A DNA stretch of 64,000 bases. Source: Eledone cirrhosa (taxonomy: Eukaryota). Shown here one piece after another: positions 1-15,000 of the stretch. The notes beneath the pieces were generated by a model. That model worked only from the letters and a program-made list of their open reading frames with translations, ran no database searches and was not told the DNA's origin. How positions within the stretch are numbered: the stretch's first letter is position 1; every line of letters begins with the position of its first letter. The stretch lies in contig OZ024740.1 in the NCBI GenBank assembly GCA_964016885.1, forward strand, positions 423,026,001-423,090,000, given 5' to 3'. Position numbers and translations under genes: made by a program.

Positions 1-3000
1 AGGTGTTGATAGAGAAGATCAGAAGTGTGGAGAGAGTGGTTGACAGGTCTGGATGTAAGGAGAGCTGGACCTTGGGAGAAAGAGGAGGTGTTGATGTGGA
101 AGGTAAGATGTGTGGAGAGAGTGGTTGACAGGTCTGGATGTAAGGAGAGCTAGACCTTAGGACAGAGAGGAGGTGTTGATGGAGAAGGTAAGAAGTGTGG
201 AGAGAGTGGTTGACAGGTCTGGATGTAAGGAGAGCTAGACCTTAGGACAGAGAAGAGGTGTTGATGGAGAAGGTCAGAAGTGTGGAGAGAGTGGTTGACA
301 GGTCTGGATGTAAGGAGAGCTAGACCTTAGGACTGAGAGGAGATGTTGATAGAGAAGGTCAGAAGTGTGGAGAGAGTGGTTGACAGGTCTGGATGTAAGG
401 AGGGGTGACCTTAGGACTGAGAGGAGATGTTGATAGAGAAGGTCAGAAGTGTGGAGAGAGTGGCTGACAGGTCTGGATGTGAGGAGAGCTGGACCTTAGG
501 ACAGAGAAGAGGTGTTGATGGAGAAGGTCAGAAGTGTGGAGAGAGTGGTTGACAGGTCTGGATGTAAGGAGAGCTAGACCTTAGGACAGAGAGGAGATGT
601 TGATAGAGAAGGTCAGAAGTGTGGAGAGAGTGGTTGACAAGTCTGGATGTAAGGAGAGGTGGACCTTAAGACAGAGAAGAGGTGTTGATAGAGAAGGTCA
701 GAAGTGTGGAGAGAGTGGCTGACAGGTCTGGATGTAAGGAGAGCTGGACCTTAGGACAGAGAAGAGGTGTTGATGGAGAAGGTCAGAAGTGTGGAGAGAG
801 TGGCTGACAGGTCTGGATGTGAGGAGAGCTGGACCTTAGGACAGAGAAGAGGTGTTGATAGAGAAGGTCAGAAGTGTGGAGAGAGTGGTTGACAGGTCTG
901 GATGTAAGGAGAGGTGGACCTTAGGACAGAGAAGAGGTGTTGATGGAGAAGGTCAGAAGTGTGGAGAGAGTGGCTGACAGGTCTGGATGTGAGGAGAGCT
1001 GGACCTTAGGACAGAGAAGAGGTGTTGATAGAGAAGGTCAGAAGTGTGGAGAGAGTGGTTGACAGGTCTGGATGTAAGGAGAGCTGGACCTTAGGACAGA
1101 GAGGAGGTGTTGTTTGAGAAGGTCAGAAGTGTGGAGAGAGTGGTTGACAGGTCTGGATGTAAGGAGAGCTAGACCTTAGGACAGAGAGGAGGTGTTGATA
1201 GACAAGGTCAGAAGTGTGGAGAGAGTGGTAGAGAGGTCTGGATGTAAGGAGAGCTAGACCTTAGGACATAGAGGAGATGTTGATAGAGAAGGTCAGAAGT
1301 GTGGAGAGAGTGGTTGACAGGTCTGGATGTAAGGAGAGGTGGACCTTAGGACATAGAGGAGGTGTTGATAGAGAAGGTCAGATGTGTGGAGAGAGTGGTT
1401 GACAGGTCTGGATGTAAGGAGAGCTAGACCTTAGGACAGAGAGGAGATGTTGATAGAGAAGGTCAGAAGTGTGGAGAGAGTGGTTGACAGGTCTGGATGT
1501 AAGGAGAGCTAGGCCTTAGGAAAGAGAGGAGGTGTTGATAGAGAAGATCAGAAGTGTGGAGAGAGTGGTTGACAGGTCTGGATGTAAGGAGAACTGAACC
1601 TTAGGAAAGAGAGGATGTGTTGATAGAGAAGATCAGAAGTGTGGAGAGAGTGGTTACAGGTCTGGATGTAAGGAGAGCTAGACCTTAGGAAAGAGAGGAG
1701 GTGTTGATAGAGAAGATCAGAAGTGTGGAGAGAGTGGTAGAGAGGTCTGGATGTAAGGAGAACTGGACCTTAGGAAAGAGAGGAGGTGTTGATAGAGAAG
1801 ATCAGAAGTGTGGAGAGAGTGGTTGACAGGTCTGGATGTAAGGAGAGCTAGACCTTAGGACAGAGAGGAGGTGTTGATGGAGAAGGTAAGAAGTGTGGAG
1901 AGAGTGGTTGACAGGTCTGGATGTAAGGAGAGCTAGACCTTAGGAAAGAGAGGAGGTGTTGATAGAGAAGGTCAGAAGTGTGGAAAGAGTGGTTGACAGG
2001 TCTGGATGTAAGGAGAGCTAGACCTTAGGACAGAAGGGAGGTGTTGATAGAGGTCAGAAGTGTGGAGAGAGTGGTTGACAGGTCTGGATGTAAGGAGAAC
2101 TGGATCTTAGGAAAGAGAGGTGTTGATAGAGAAGATCAGAAGTGTGGAGAGAGTGGTTGACAGGTCTGGATGTAAGGAGAGCTGGACCTTAGGACAGAGA
2201 GGAGGTGTTGATTGAGAAGGTCAGAAGTGTGGAGAGAGTGGTTGACAGGTCTGGATGTAAGGAGAGGTAGACCTTAGGAAAGAGAGGAGGTGTCGATAGA
2301 GAAGGTCAGACGTGTGGAGAGAGTGGTTGACAGGTCTGGATGTAAGGAGAGCTAGACCTTAGGACAGAGAGAAGGTGTTGATAGAGAAGGTCAGAAGTGT
2401 GGAGAGAGTGGTAGAGAGGTCTGGATGTAAGGAGAGCTGGACCTTAGGACATAGAGGAGGTGTTGATAGAGAAGGTCAGAAGTGTGGAGAGAGTGGTTGA
2501 CAGGTCTGGATGTAAGGAGAGCTAGACCTTAGGACAGAGAAGAGGTGTTGATGGAGAAGGTCAGAAGTGTGGAGAGAGTGGTTGACAGGTCTGGATGTAA
2601 GGAGAGCTAGACCTTAGGACTGAGAGGAGATGTTGATAGAGAAGGTCAGATGTGTGGAGAGAGTGGTTGACAGGTCTGGATGTAAGGAGAACTGGACCTT
2701 AGGACAGAGAGGAGATGTTGATAGAGAAGGTCAGAAGTGTGGAGAGAGTGGTTGACAGGTCTGGATGTAAGGAGAGCTAGACCTTAGGACAGAGAGGAGG
2801 TGTTGATAGAGAAGGTCAGAAGTGTGGAGAGAGTGGTTGACAGGTCTGGATGTAAGGAGAGCTAGACCTTAGGACAGAAGGGAGGTGTTGATAGAGGTCA
2901 GAAGTGTGGAGAGAGTGGTTGACAGGTCTGGATGTAAGGAGAACTGGACCTTAGGACAGAGAAGAGGTGTTGATGGAGAAGGTCAGAAGTGTGGAGAGAG

Positions 3001-6000
3001 TGGTTGACAGGTCTGGATGTAAGGAGAGCTGGACCTTAGGACTGAGAGGAGGTGTTGGTAGAGAAGGTCAGAAGTGTGGCGAGAGTGGCTGACAGGTCTG
3101 GATGTGAGGAGAGCTGGACCTTAGGACAGAGAAGAGGTGTTGATAGACAAGGTCAGAAGTGTGGAGAGAGTGGTTGACAGGTCTGGATGTAAGGAGAGCT
3201 AGACTTTGGACAGAGAGGAGGTGTTGATAGAGAAGATCAGAAGTGTGGAGAGAGTGGTTGACACGTCTTAATGTAAGGAGAGCTGGACCTTAGGACGGAG
3301 AGGAGGTGTTGATAGAGAAGGTCAGAAGTGTGGAAAGAGTGGTTGACAGGTCTGGATGTAAGGAGAGCTAGACCTTAGGACAGAAGGGAGGTGTTGATAG
3401 AGGTCAGAAGTGTGGAGAGAGTGGTTGACAGGTCTGGATGTAAGGAGAACTGGACCTTAGGAAAGAGAGGTGTTGATAGAGAAGATCAGAAGTGTGGAGA
3501 GAGTGGTTGACAGGTCTGGATGTAAGGAGAGCTGGACCTTGGTAGAAAGAGGAGGTGTTGATGTGGAAGGTAAGATGTGTGGAGAGAGTGGTTGACAGGT
3601 CTGGATGTAAGGAGAGCTAGACCTTAGGACAGAGAGGAGGTGTTGATGGAGAAGGTAAGAAGTGTGGAGAGAGTGGTTGACAGGTCTGGATGTAAGGAGA
3701 GCTAGACCTTAGGACAGAGAAGAGGTGTTGATGGAGAAGGTCAGAAGTGTGGAGAGAGTGGTTGACAGGTCTGGATGTAAGGAGAGCTAGACCTTAGGAC
3801 TGAGAGGAGATGTTGATAGAGAAGGTCAGAAGTGTGGAGAGAGTGGTTGACAGGTCTGGATGTAAGGAGAGCTAGACCTTAGGACTGAGAGGAGGTGTTG
3901 ATGGAGAAGGTCAGAAGTGTGGAGAGAGTGGTAGAGAGGTCTGGATGTAAGGAGAGCTGGACCTTAGGACATAGAGGAGGTGTTGATAGAGAAGGTCAGA
4001 AGTGTGGAGAGAGTGGTTGACAGGTCTGGATGTAAGGAGGGGTGGACCTTAGGACTGAGAGGAGATGTTGATAGAGAAGGTCAGAAGTGTGGAGAGAGTG
4101 GCTGACAGGTCTGGATGTGAGGAGCGCTGGACCTTAGGACAGAGAAGAGGTGTTGATGGAGAAGGTCAGAAGTGTGGAGAGAGTGGTTGACAGGTCTGGA
4201 TGTAAGGAGAGCTAGACCTTAGGACTGAGAGGAGGTGTTGATGGAGAAGGTAAGAAGTGTGGAGAGAGTGGTTGACAGGTCTGGATGTAAGGAGAGCTGG
4301 ACCTTAGGACAGAGAGGAGGTGTTGATTGAGAGGGTCAGAAGTGTGGAGAGAGTGGTTGACAGGTCTGGATGTAAGGAGAGCTAGACCTTAGGAAAGAGA
4401 GGAGGTGTCGATAGAGAAGGTCAGACGTGTGGAGAGAGTGGTATAGAGGTCTGGATGTAAGGAGAGCTAGACCTTAGGACAGAGAGGAGGTGTTGATAGA
4501 GAAGGTCAGAAGTGTGGAGAGAGTGGTTGACAGGTCTGGATGTAAGGAGAGCTAGACCTTAGGACAGAGAGAAGGTGTTGATAGAGAAGGTCAGAAGTGT
4601 GGAGAGAGTGGTAGAGAGGTCTGGATGTAAGGAGAGCTGGACCTTAGGACATAGAGGAGGTGTTGATAGAGAAGGTCAGAAGTGTGGAGAGAGTGGTTGA
4701 CAGGTCTGGATGTAAGGAGAGCTAGACCTTAGGACAGAGAAGAGGTGTTGATGGAGAAGGTCAGAAGTGTGGAGAGAGTGGTTGACAGGTCTGGATGTAA
4801 GGAGAGCTAGACCTTAGGACTGAGAGGAGATGTTGATAGAGAAGGTCAGATGTGTGGAGAGAGTGGTTGACAGGTCTGGATGTAAGGAGAACTGGACCTT
4901 AGGACAGAGAGGAGATGTTGATAGAGAAGGTCAGAAGTGTGGAGAGAGTGGTTGACAGGTCTGGATGTAAGGAGAGCTAGACCTTAGGACAGAGAGGAGG
5001 TGTTGATAGAGAAGGTCAGAAGTGTCGAGAGAGTGGTTGACAGGTCTGGATGTAAGGAGAGCTAGACCTTAGGACAGAAGGGAGGTGTTGATAGAGGTCA
5101 GAAGTGTGGAGAGAGTGGTTGACAGGTCTGGATGTAAGGAGAACTGGACCTTAGGACAGAGAAGAGGTGTTGATGGAGAAGGTCAGAAGTGTGGAGAGAG
5201 TGGTTGACAGGTCTGGATGTAAGGAGAGCTGGATCTTAGGACTGAGAGGAGGTGTTGATAGAGAAGGTCAGAAGTGTGGAGAGAGTGGCTGACAGGTCTG
5301 GATGTGAGGAGAGCTGGACCTTAGGACCGAGAAGAGGTGTTGATAGACAAGGTCAGAAGTGTGGAGAGAGTGGTTGACAGGTCTGGATGTAAGGAGAGCT
5401 AGACTTTGGACAGAGAGGAGGTGTTGATAGAGAAGATCAGAAGTGTGGAGAGAGTGGTTGACACGTCTTAATGTAAGGAGAGCTGGACCTTAGGACGGAG
5501 AGGAGGTGTTGATAGAGAAGGTCAGAAGTGTGGAAAGAGTGGTTGACAGGTCTGGATGTAAGGAGAGCTAGACCTTAGGACAGAAGGGAGGTGTTGATAG
5601 AGGTCAGAAGTGTGGAGAGAGTGGTTGACAGGTCTGGATGTAAGGAGAACTGGACCTTAGGAAAGAGAGGTGTTGATAGAGAAGATCAGAAGTGTGGAGA
5701 GAGTGGTTGACAGGTCTGGATGTAAGGAGAGCTGGACCTTGGGAGAAAGAGGAGGTGTTGATGTGGAAGGTAAGATGTGTGGAGAGAGTGGTTGACAGGT
5801 CTGGATGTAAGGAGAGCTAGACCTTAGGACAGAGAGGAGGTGTTGATGGAGAAGGTCAGATGTGTGGAGAGAGTGGTTGACAGGTCTGGATGTAAGGAGA
5901 ACTGGACCTTAGGACAGAGAGGAGATGTTGATAGAGAAGGTCAGAAGTGTGGAGAGAGTGGTTGACAGGTCTGGATGTAAGGAGAGCTAGACCTTAGGAC

Positions 6001-9000
6001 AGAGAGGAGGTGTTGATAGAGAAGGTCAGAAGTGTGGAGAGAGTGGTAGAGAGGTCTGGATGTAAGGAGAGCTAGACCTTAGGACATAGAGGAGGTGTTG
6101 ATAGAGAAGGTCAGAAGTGTGGAGAGAGTGGTTGACAGGTCTGGATGTAAGGAGAGCTAGACCTTAGGACAGAGAGGAGGTGTTGACAGAGAAGGTCAGA
6201 AGTGTGGAGAGAGTGGTTGACAGGTCTGGATGTAAGGAGAGGTGGACCTTAGGACTGAGAGGAGATGCTGATAGAGAAGGTCAGAAGTGTGGAGAGAGTG
6301 GCTGACAGGTCTGGATGTGAGGAGAGCTGGACCTTAGGACAGAGAAGAGGTGTTGATGGAGAAGGTCAGAAGTGTGGAGAGAGTGGTTGACAGGTCTGGA
6401 TGTAAGGAGAGCTGGACCTTAGGACTGAGAGGAGGTGTTGATAGAGAAGGTCAGAAGTGTGGAGAGAGTGGCTGACAGGTCTGGATGTGAGGAGAGCTGG
6501 ACCTTAGGACAGAGAAGAGGTGTTGATAGAGAAGGTCAGAAGTGTGGAGAGAGTGGTTGACAGGTCTGGATGTAAGGAGAGCTAGACCTTAGGACAGAGA
6601 GGAGGTGTTGATGGAGAAGGTAAGAAGTTTGGAGAGAATGGTTGACAGGTCTAGATGTAAGGAGAGGTGGACCTTAGGACAGAGAGGAGGTGTTGATAGA
6701 GAAGGTCGGATGTGTGGAGAGAGTGGTTGACAGGTCTGGATGTAAGTAGAGCTGGACCTTAGGACAGAGAGGAGGTGTTGTTTGAGAAGGTCAGAAGTGT
6801 GGAGAGAGTGGTTAACAGGTCTGGATGTAAGGAGAGCTAGACCTTAGGACAGAGAGGAGGTGTTGATAGACAAGGTCAGAAGTGTGGAGAGAGTGGTAGA
6901 GAGGTCTGGATGTAAGGAGAGCTTGACCTTAGGACAGAGAGCAGGTGTTGATAGAGAAGGTCAGAAGTGTGGAGAGAGTGGTAGAGAGGTCTGGATGTAA
7001 GGAGAGCTAGACCTTAGGACATAGAGGAGATGTTGATAGAGAAGGTCAGAAGTGTGGAGAGAGTGGTTGACAGGTCTGGATGTAAGGAGAGCTAGACCTT
7101 AGGAAAGAGAGGAGGTGTTGATAGAGAAGATCAGAAGTGTGGAGAGAGTGGTTGACAGGTCTGGATGTAAGGAGAGGTGGACCTTAGGACATAGAGGAGA
7201 TGTTGATAGAGAAGGTCAGAAGTGTGGAGAGAGTGGTTGACAGGTCTGGATGTAAGGAGAGCTAGACCTTAGGAAAGAGAGGAGGTGTTGATAGAGAAGA
7301 TCAGAAGTGTGGAGAGAGTGGTTGACAGGTCTGGATGTAAGGAGAACTGGACCTTAGGAAAGAGAGGAGGTGTTGATAGAGAAGATCAGAAGTGTGGAGA
7401 GAGTGGTTACAGGTCTGGATGTAAGGAGAGCTAGACCTTAGGAAAGAGAGGAGGTGTTGATAGAGAAGATCAGAAGTGTGGAGAGAGTGGTAGAGAGGTC
7501 TGGATGTAAGGAGAACTGGACCTTAGGAAAGAGAGGAGGTGTTGATAGAGAAGATCAGAAGTGTGGAGAGAGTGGTTGACAGGTCTGGATGTAAGGAGAG
7601 CTAGACCTTAGGACAGAGAGGAGGTGTTGTTGGAGAAGGTAAGAAGTGTGGAGAGAGTGGTTGACAGGTCTGGATGTAAGGAGAGCTAGACCTTAGGAAA
7701 GAGAGGAGGTGTTGATAGAGAAGGTCAGAAGTGTGGCGAGAGTGGTTGACAGGTCTGGATGTAAGGAGAGCTAGACCTTAGGACAGAGAGGAGGTGTTGA
7801 TAGAGAAGGTCAGAAGTGTGGAGAGAGTGGTAGAGAGGTCTGGATGTAAGGAGAGCTGGACCTTAGGACATAGAGGAGGTGTTGATAGAGAAGGTCAGAA
7901 GTGTGGAAAGAGTGGTTGACAGGTCTGGATGTAAGGAGAGCTAGACCTTAGGACAGAAGGGAGGTGTTGATAGAGGTCAGAAGTGTGGAGAGAGTGGTTG
8001 ACAGGTCTGGATGTAAGGAGAACTGGACCTTAGGAGAGAGAGGAGGTGTTGATGTGGAAGGTAAGATGTGTGGAGAGAGTGGTTGACAGGTCTGGATGTA
8101 AGGAGAGCTGGACCTTCGGACAGAGAGGAGCTGTTGATGGAGAAGGTCAGAAGTGTGGAGAGAATGGTTGACAGGTCTGGATGTAAGGAGAGCTAGACCT
8201 TAGGACAGAGAGGAGGTGTTGATTTAGAAGGTCAGAAGTGTGGAGAGAGTGGTTGACAGGTCTGGATGTAAGGAGAGCTAGACCTTAGGAAAGAGAGGAG
8301 GTGTCGATAGAGAAGGTCAGACGTGTGGAGAGAGTGGTTGACAGGTCTGGATGTAAGGAGAGCTAGACCTTAGGACAGAGAGGAGGTGTTGATAGAGAAG
8401 GTCAGAAGTGTGGAGAGAGTGGTAGAGAGGTCTGGATGTAAGGAGAGCTGGACCTTAGGACATAGAGGAGGTGTTGATAGAGAAGGTCAGAAGTGTGGAG
8501 AGAGTGGTTGACAGGTCTGGATGTAAGGAGAGCTAGACCTTAGGACAGAGAAGAGGTGTTGATGGAGAAGGTCAGAAGTGTGGAGAGAGTGGTTGACAGG
8601 TCTGGATGTAAGGAGAGCTAGACCTTAGGACTGAGAGGAGATGTTGATAGAGAAGGTCAGATGTGTGGAGAGAGTGGTTGACAGGTCTGGATGTAAGGAG
8701 AACTGGACCTTAGGACAGAGAGGAGATGTTGATAGAGAAGGTCAGAAGTGTGGAGAGAGTGGTTGACAGGTCTGGATGTAAGAAGAGCTAGACCTTAGGA
8801 CAGAGAGGGGGTGTTGATAGAGAAGGTCAGAAGTGTGGAGAGAGTGGTTGACAGGTCTGGATGTAAGGAGAGCTAGACCTTAGGACAGAGAGGAGGTGTT
8901 GATAGAGAAGGTCAGAAGTGTGGAGAGAGTGGTTGACAGGTCTGGATGTAAGGAGAGGTGGACCTTAGGACTGAGAGGAGATGTTGATAGAGAAGGTCAG

Positions 9001-12000
9001 AAGTGTGGAGAGAGTGGCTGACAGGTCTGGATGTGAGGAGAGCTGGACCTTAGGACAGAGAAGAGGTGTTGATGGAGAAGGTCAGAAGTGTGGAGAGAGT
9101 GGTTGACAGGTCTGGATGTAAGGAGAGCTGAACCTTAGGACTGAGAGGAGGTGTTGATAGAGAAGGTCAGAAGTGTGGAGAGAGTGGCTGACAGGTCTGG
9201 ATGTGAGGAGAGCTGGACCTTAGGACAGAGAAGAGGTGTTGATAGAGAAGGTCAGAAGTGTGGAGAGAGTAGTTGACAGGTCTGGATGTAAGGAGAGCTA
9301 GACCTTAGGACAGAGAGGAGGTGTTGATGGAGAAGGTAAGAAGTTTGGAGAGAATGGTTGACAGGTCTGGATGTAAGGAGAGGTGGACCTTAGGACAGAG
9401 AGGAGGTGTTGTTAGAGAAGGTCAGAAGTGTGGAGAGAGTGGTAGAGAGGTCTGGATGTAAGGAGAGCTTGACCTTAGGACAGAGAGCAGGTGTTGATAG
9501 AGAAGGTCAGAAGTGTGGAGAGAGTGGTAGAGAGGTCTGGATGTAAGGAGAGCTAGACCTTAGGACATAGAGGAGATGTTGATAGAGAAGGTCAGAAGTG
9601 TGGAGAGAGTGGTTGACAGGTCTGGATGTAAGGAGAGCTAGACCTTAGGAAAGAGAGGAGGTGTTGATAGAGAAGATCAGAAGTGTGGAGAGAGTGGTTG
9701 ACAGGTCTGGATGTAAGGAGAACTGGACCTTAGGAAAGAGAGGAGGTGTTGATAGAGAAGATCAGAAGTGTGGAGAGAGTGGTTACAGGTCTGGATGTAA
9801 GGAGAGCTAGACCTTAGGAAAGAGAGGAGGTGTTGATAGAGAAGATCAGAAGTGTGGAGAGAGTGGTAGAGAGGTCTGGATGTAAGGAGAACTGGACCTT
9901 AGGAAAGAGAGGAGGTGTTGATAGAGAAGATCAGAAGTGTGGAGAGAGTGGTTGACAGGTCTGGATGTAAGGAGAGCTAGACCTTAGGACAGAGAGGAGG
10001 TGTTGTTGGAGAAGGTAAGAAGTGTGGAGAGAGTGGTTGACAGGTCTGGATGTAAGGAGAGCTAGACCATAGGAAAGAGAGGAGGTGTTGATAGAGAAGG
10101 TCAGAAGTGTGGCGAGAGTGGTTGACAGGTCTTAATTTAAGGAGAGCTGGACCATAGGACGGAGAAGAGGTGTTGATAGAGAAGGTCAGAAGTGTGGAAA
10201 GAGTGGTTGACAGGTCTGGATGTAAGGAGAGCTAGACCTTAGGACAGAAGGGAGGTGTTGATAGAGGTCAGAAGTGTGGAGAGAGTGGTTGACAGGTCTG
10301 GATGTAAGGAGAACTGGACCTTAGGAGAGAGAGGAGGTGTTGATGTGGAAGGTAAGATGTGTGGAGAGAGTGGTTGACAGGTCTGGATGTAAGGAGAGCT
10401 GGACCTTCGGACAGAGAGGAGCTGTTGATGGCGAAGGTCAGAAGTGTGGAGAGAATGGTTGACAGGTCTGGATGTAAGGAGAGCTAGACCTTAGGACAGA
10501 GAGGAGGTGTTGATGGAGAAGGTAAGAAGTGTGGAGAGAGTGGTTGACAGGTCTGGATGTAAGGAGAGCTGGACCTTAGGACAGAGAGGAGGTGTTGATT
10601 TAGAAGGTCAGAAGTGTGGAGAGAGTGGTTGACAGGTCTGGATGTAAGGAGAGCTAGACCTTAGGAAAGAGAGGAGGTGTCGATAGAGAAGGTCAGACGT
10701 GTGGAGAGAGTGGTTGACAGGTCTGGATGTAAGGAGAGCTAGACCTTAGGACAGAGAGGAGGTGTTGATAGAGAAGGTCAGAAGTGTGGAGAGAGTGGTA
10801 GAGAGGTCTGGATGTAAGGAGAGCTGGACCTTAGGACATAGAGGAGGTGTTGATAGAGAAGGTCAGAAGTGTGGAGAGAGTGGTTGACAGGTCTGGATGT
10901 AAGGAGAGCTAGACCTTAGGACAGAGAAGAGGTGTTGATGGAGAAGGTCAGAAGTGTGGAGAGAGTGGTTGACAGGTCTGGATGTAAGGAGAGCTAGACC
11001 TTAGGACTGAGAGGAGATGTTGATAGAGAAGGTCAGATGTGTGGAGAGAGTGGTTGACAGGTCTGGATGTAAGGAGAACTGGACCTTAGGACAGAGAGGA
11101 GATGTTGATAGAGAAGGTCAGAAGTGTGGAGAGAGTGGTTGACAGGTCTGGATGTAAGAAGAGCTAGACCTTAGGACAGAGAGGGGGTGTTGATAGAGAA
11201 GGTCAGAAGTGTGGAGAGAGTGGTTGACAGGTCTGGATGTAAGGAGAGCTAGACCTTAGGACAGAGAGGAGGTGTTGATAGAGAAGGTCAGAAGTGTGGA
11301 GAGAGTGGTTGACAGGTCTGGATGTAAGGAGAGGTGGACCTTAGGACTGAGAGGAGATGTTGATAGAGAAGGTCAGAAGTGTGGAGAGAGTGGCTGACAG
11401 GTCTGGATGTGAGGAGAGCTGGACCTTAGGACAGAGAAGAGGTGTTGATGGAGAAGGTCAGAAGTGTGGAGAGAGTGGTTGACAGGTTTGGATGTAAGGA
11501 GAGCTGGACCTTAGGACTGAGAGGAGGTGTTGATAGAGAAGGTCAGAAGTGTGGAGTGAGTGGCTGACAGGTCTGGATGTGAGGAGAGCTGGACCTTAGG
11601 ACAGAGAAGAGGTGTTGATAGAGAAGGTCAGAAGTGTGGAGAGAGTGGTTGACAGGTCTGGATTTAAGGAGAGCTAGACCTTAGGACAGAGAGGAGGTGT
11701 TGATGGAGAAGGTAAGAAGTTTGGAGAGAATGGTTGACAGGTCTGGATGTAAGGAGAGGTGGACCTTAGGACAGAGAGGAGGTGTTGTTAGAGAAGGTCA
11801 GATGTGTGGAGAGAGTGGTAGAGAGGTCTGGATGTAAGGAGAGCTAGACCTTAGGACAGAGAGGAGGTGTTGATAGAGAAGGTCAGATGTGTGGAGAGAG
11901 TGGTATAGAGGTCTGGATGTAAGGAGAGCTAGACCTTAGGACAGAGAGGACATGTTGATAGAGAAGGTCAGATATGTGGAGAGAGTGGTTGACAGGTCTG

Positions 12001-15000
12001 GATGTAAGGAGAGCTGGACCTTAGGAGAGAGAGGAGGTGTTGATGGGGAAGGTAAGATGTGTCGTGAGAGTGGTTGACAGGTCTGGATGTAAGGAGAGCT
12101 AGACGTTAGGACAGAGAAGAGGTGTTGATGGAGAAGGTCAGAAGTGTGGAGAGAGTGGTTGACAGGTCTGGATGTAAGGAGAGCTGGACCTTAGGACAGA
12201 ATTGAGGTGTTGATAGAGAAGGTCAGAAGTGTGGAGAGAGTGGTTGACAGGTCTGGATGTAAGGAGAGCTACACCTTAGGACAGAGAGGAGGTGTTGATG
12301 GAGAAGGAAAGAAGTGTGGAGAGAGTTGTTGACAGGTCTGGATGTAAGGAGAGGTGGACCTTAGGACAGAGAGGAGGTGTTGATTGAGAAGGTCAGATGT
12401 GTGGAGAGAGTGGTTGACAGGTCTGGATGTAAGGAGAGCTAGACCTTAGGAAAGAGAGGAGGTGTTGATACAGAAGGTCAGAAGTGTGGAGAGAGTGGTT
12501 GACAGGTCTGGATGTAAGGAGAGCTGGACCTTAGGAGAGAGAGGAGGTGTTGTTTGAGAAGGTCAGAAGTGTGGAGAGAGTGGTTGACAGGTCTGGATGT
12601 AAGGAGAGCTAGACCTTAGGGCTGAGAGGAGATGTTGATAGAGAAGGTCAGACGTGTGGAGAGAGTGGTTGACAGGTCTGGATGTAAGGAGAGCTACACC
12701 TTAGGACAGAGAGGAGGTGTTGATGGAGAAGGAAAGAAGTGTGGAGAGAGTTGTTGACAGGTCTGGATGTAAGGAGAGGTGGACCTTAGGACAGAGAGGA
12801 GGTGTTGATTGAGAAGGTCAGATCTGTGGAGAGAGTGGTTGACAGGTCTGGATGTAAGGAGAGCTAGACCTTAGGAAAGAGAGGAGGTGTTGATAGAGAA
12901 GGTCAGAAGTGTGGAGAGAGTGGTTGACAGGTCTGGATGTAAGGAGAGCTAGACCTTAGGAAAGAGAGGAGGGGTTGATAGAGAAGGTCAGAAGTGTGGA
13001 GAGAGTGGTTGACAGGTCTGGATGTAAGGAGAGCTAGACCTTAGGACAGAGAGGAGGTGTTGATAGACAAGGTCAGAAGTGTGGAGAGAGTGTTAGAGAG
13101 GTCTGGATGTAAGGAGAGCTAGACCTTAGGACAGAGAGGAGGTGTTGATAGAGAAGGTCAGAAGTGTGGAGAGAGTGGTAGAGAGGTCTGGATGTAAGGA
13201 GAGCTGGACCTTAGGACAGAGAGGAGATGTTGATAAAGAAGGTCAGAAGTGTGGAGAGAGTGGTTGACAGGTCTGGATGTAAGGAGAACTGGACCTTAGG
13301 AAAGAGAGGAGGTGTTGATAGAGAAGATCAGAAGTGTGGAGAGAGTGGTTGACACGTCTTAATGTAAGGAGAGCTGGACCTTAGGACGGAGAGGAGGTGT
13401 TGATAGAGAAGGTCAGAAGTGTGGAAAGAGTGGTTGACAGGTCTGGATGTAAGGAGAGCTAGACCTTAGGACAGAAGGGAGGTGTTGATAGAGGTCAGAA
13501 GTGTGGAGAGAGTGGTTGACAGGTCTGGATGTAAGGAGAACTGGACCTTAGGAAAGAGAGGTGTTGATAGAGAAGATCAGAAGTGTGGAGAGAGTGGTTG
13601 ACAGGTCTGGATGTAAGGAGAGCTGGACCTTAGGACAGAGAGGAGGTGTTGATGGAGAAGGTAAGAAGTGTGGAGAGAGTGTTTGACAGGTCTGGATGTA
13701 AGGAGAGCTAGACCTTAGGACAGAGAGGAGGTGTTGATGGAGAAGGTAAGAAGTGTGGAGAGAGTGGTTGACAGGTCTGGATGTAAGGAGAGCTGGACCT
13801 TAGGACAGAGAGGAGGTGTTGATTGAGAAGGTCAGAAGTGTGGAGAGAGTGGTTGACAGGTCTGGATGTAAGAAGAGCTAGACCTTAGGACAGAGAAGAG
13901 GTGTTGATGGAGAAGGTCAGAAGTGTGGAGAGAGTGGTTGACAGGTCTGGATGTAAGGAGAACTGGACCTTAGGACAGAGAGGAGATGTTGATAGAGAAG
14001 GTCAGAAGTGTGGAGAGAGTGGTTGACAGGTCTGGATGTAAGGAGAGCTAGACCTTAGGACTGAGAGGAGATGTTGATAGAGAAGGTCAGAAGTGTGGAG
14101 AGAGTGGTTGACAGGTCTGGATGTAAGGAGAGGTGGACCTTAGGACTGAGAGGAGATGTTGATAGAGAAGGTCAGAAGTGTGGAGAGAGTGGCTGACAGG
14201 TCTGGATGTGAGGAGAGCTGGACCTTAGGACAGAGAAGAGGTGTTGATGGAGAAGGTCAGAAGTGTGGAGAGAGTGGTTGACAGGTCTGGATGTAAGGAG
14301 AGCTAGACCTTAGGACAGAGAGGAGGTGTTGATAGAGAAGGTCAGAAGTGTGGAGAGAGTGGTAGAGAGGTCTGGATGTAAGGAGAGCTGGACCTTAGGA
14401 CATAGAGGAGGTGTTGATAAAGAAGGTCAGAAGTGTGGAGAGAGTGGTTGACAGGTCTGGATGTAAGGAGAGCTAGACCTTAGGACAGAGAAGAGGTGTT
14501 GATGGAGAAGGTCAGAAGTGTGGAGAGAGTGGTTGACAGGTCTGGATGTAAGGAGAGCTAGACCTTAGGACTGAGAGGAGATGTTGATAGAGAAGGTCAG
14601 ATGTGTGGAGAGAGTGGTTGACAGGTCTGGATGTAAGGAGAACTGGACCTTAGGACAGAGAGGAGATGTTGATAGAGAAGGTCAGAAGTGTGGAGAGAGT
14701 GGTTGACAGGTCTGGATGTAAGAAGAGCTAGACCTTAGGACAGAGAGGGGGTGTTGATAGAGAAGGTCAGAAGTGTGGAGAGAGTGGTTGACAGGTCTGG
14801 ATGTAAGGAGAGCTAGACCTTAGGACAGAGAGGAGGTGTTGATAGAGAAGGTCAGAAGTGTGGAGAGAGTGGTTGACAGGTCTGGATGTAAGGAGAGGTG
14901 GACCTTAGGACTGAGAGGAGATGTTGATAGAGATGGTCAGAAGTGTGGAGAGAGTGGCTGACAGGTCTGGATGTGAGGAGAGCTGGACCTTAGGACAGAG

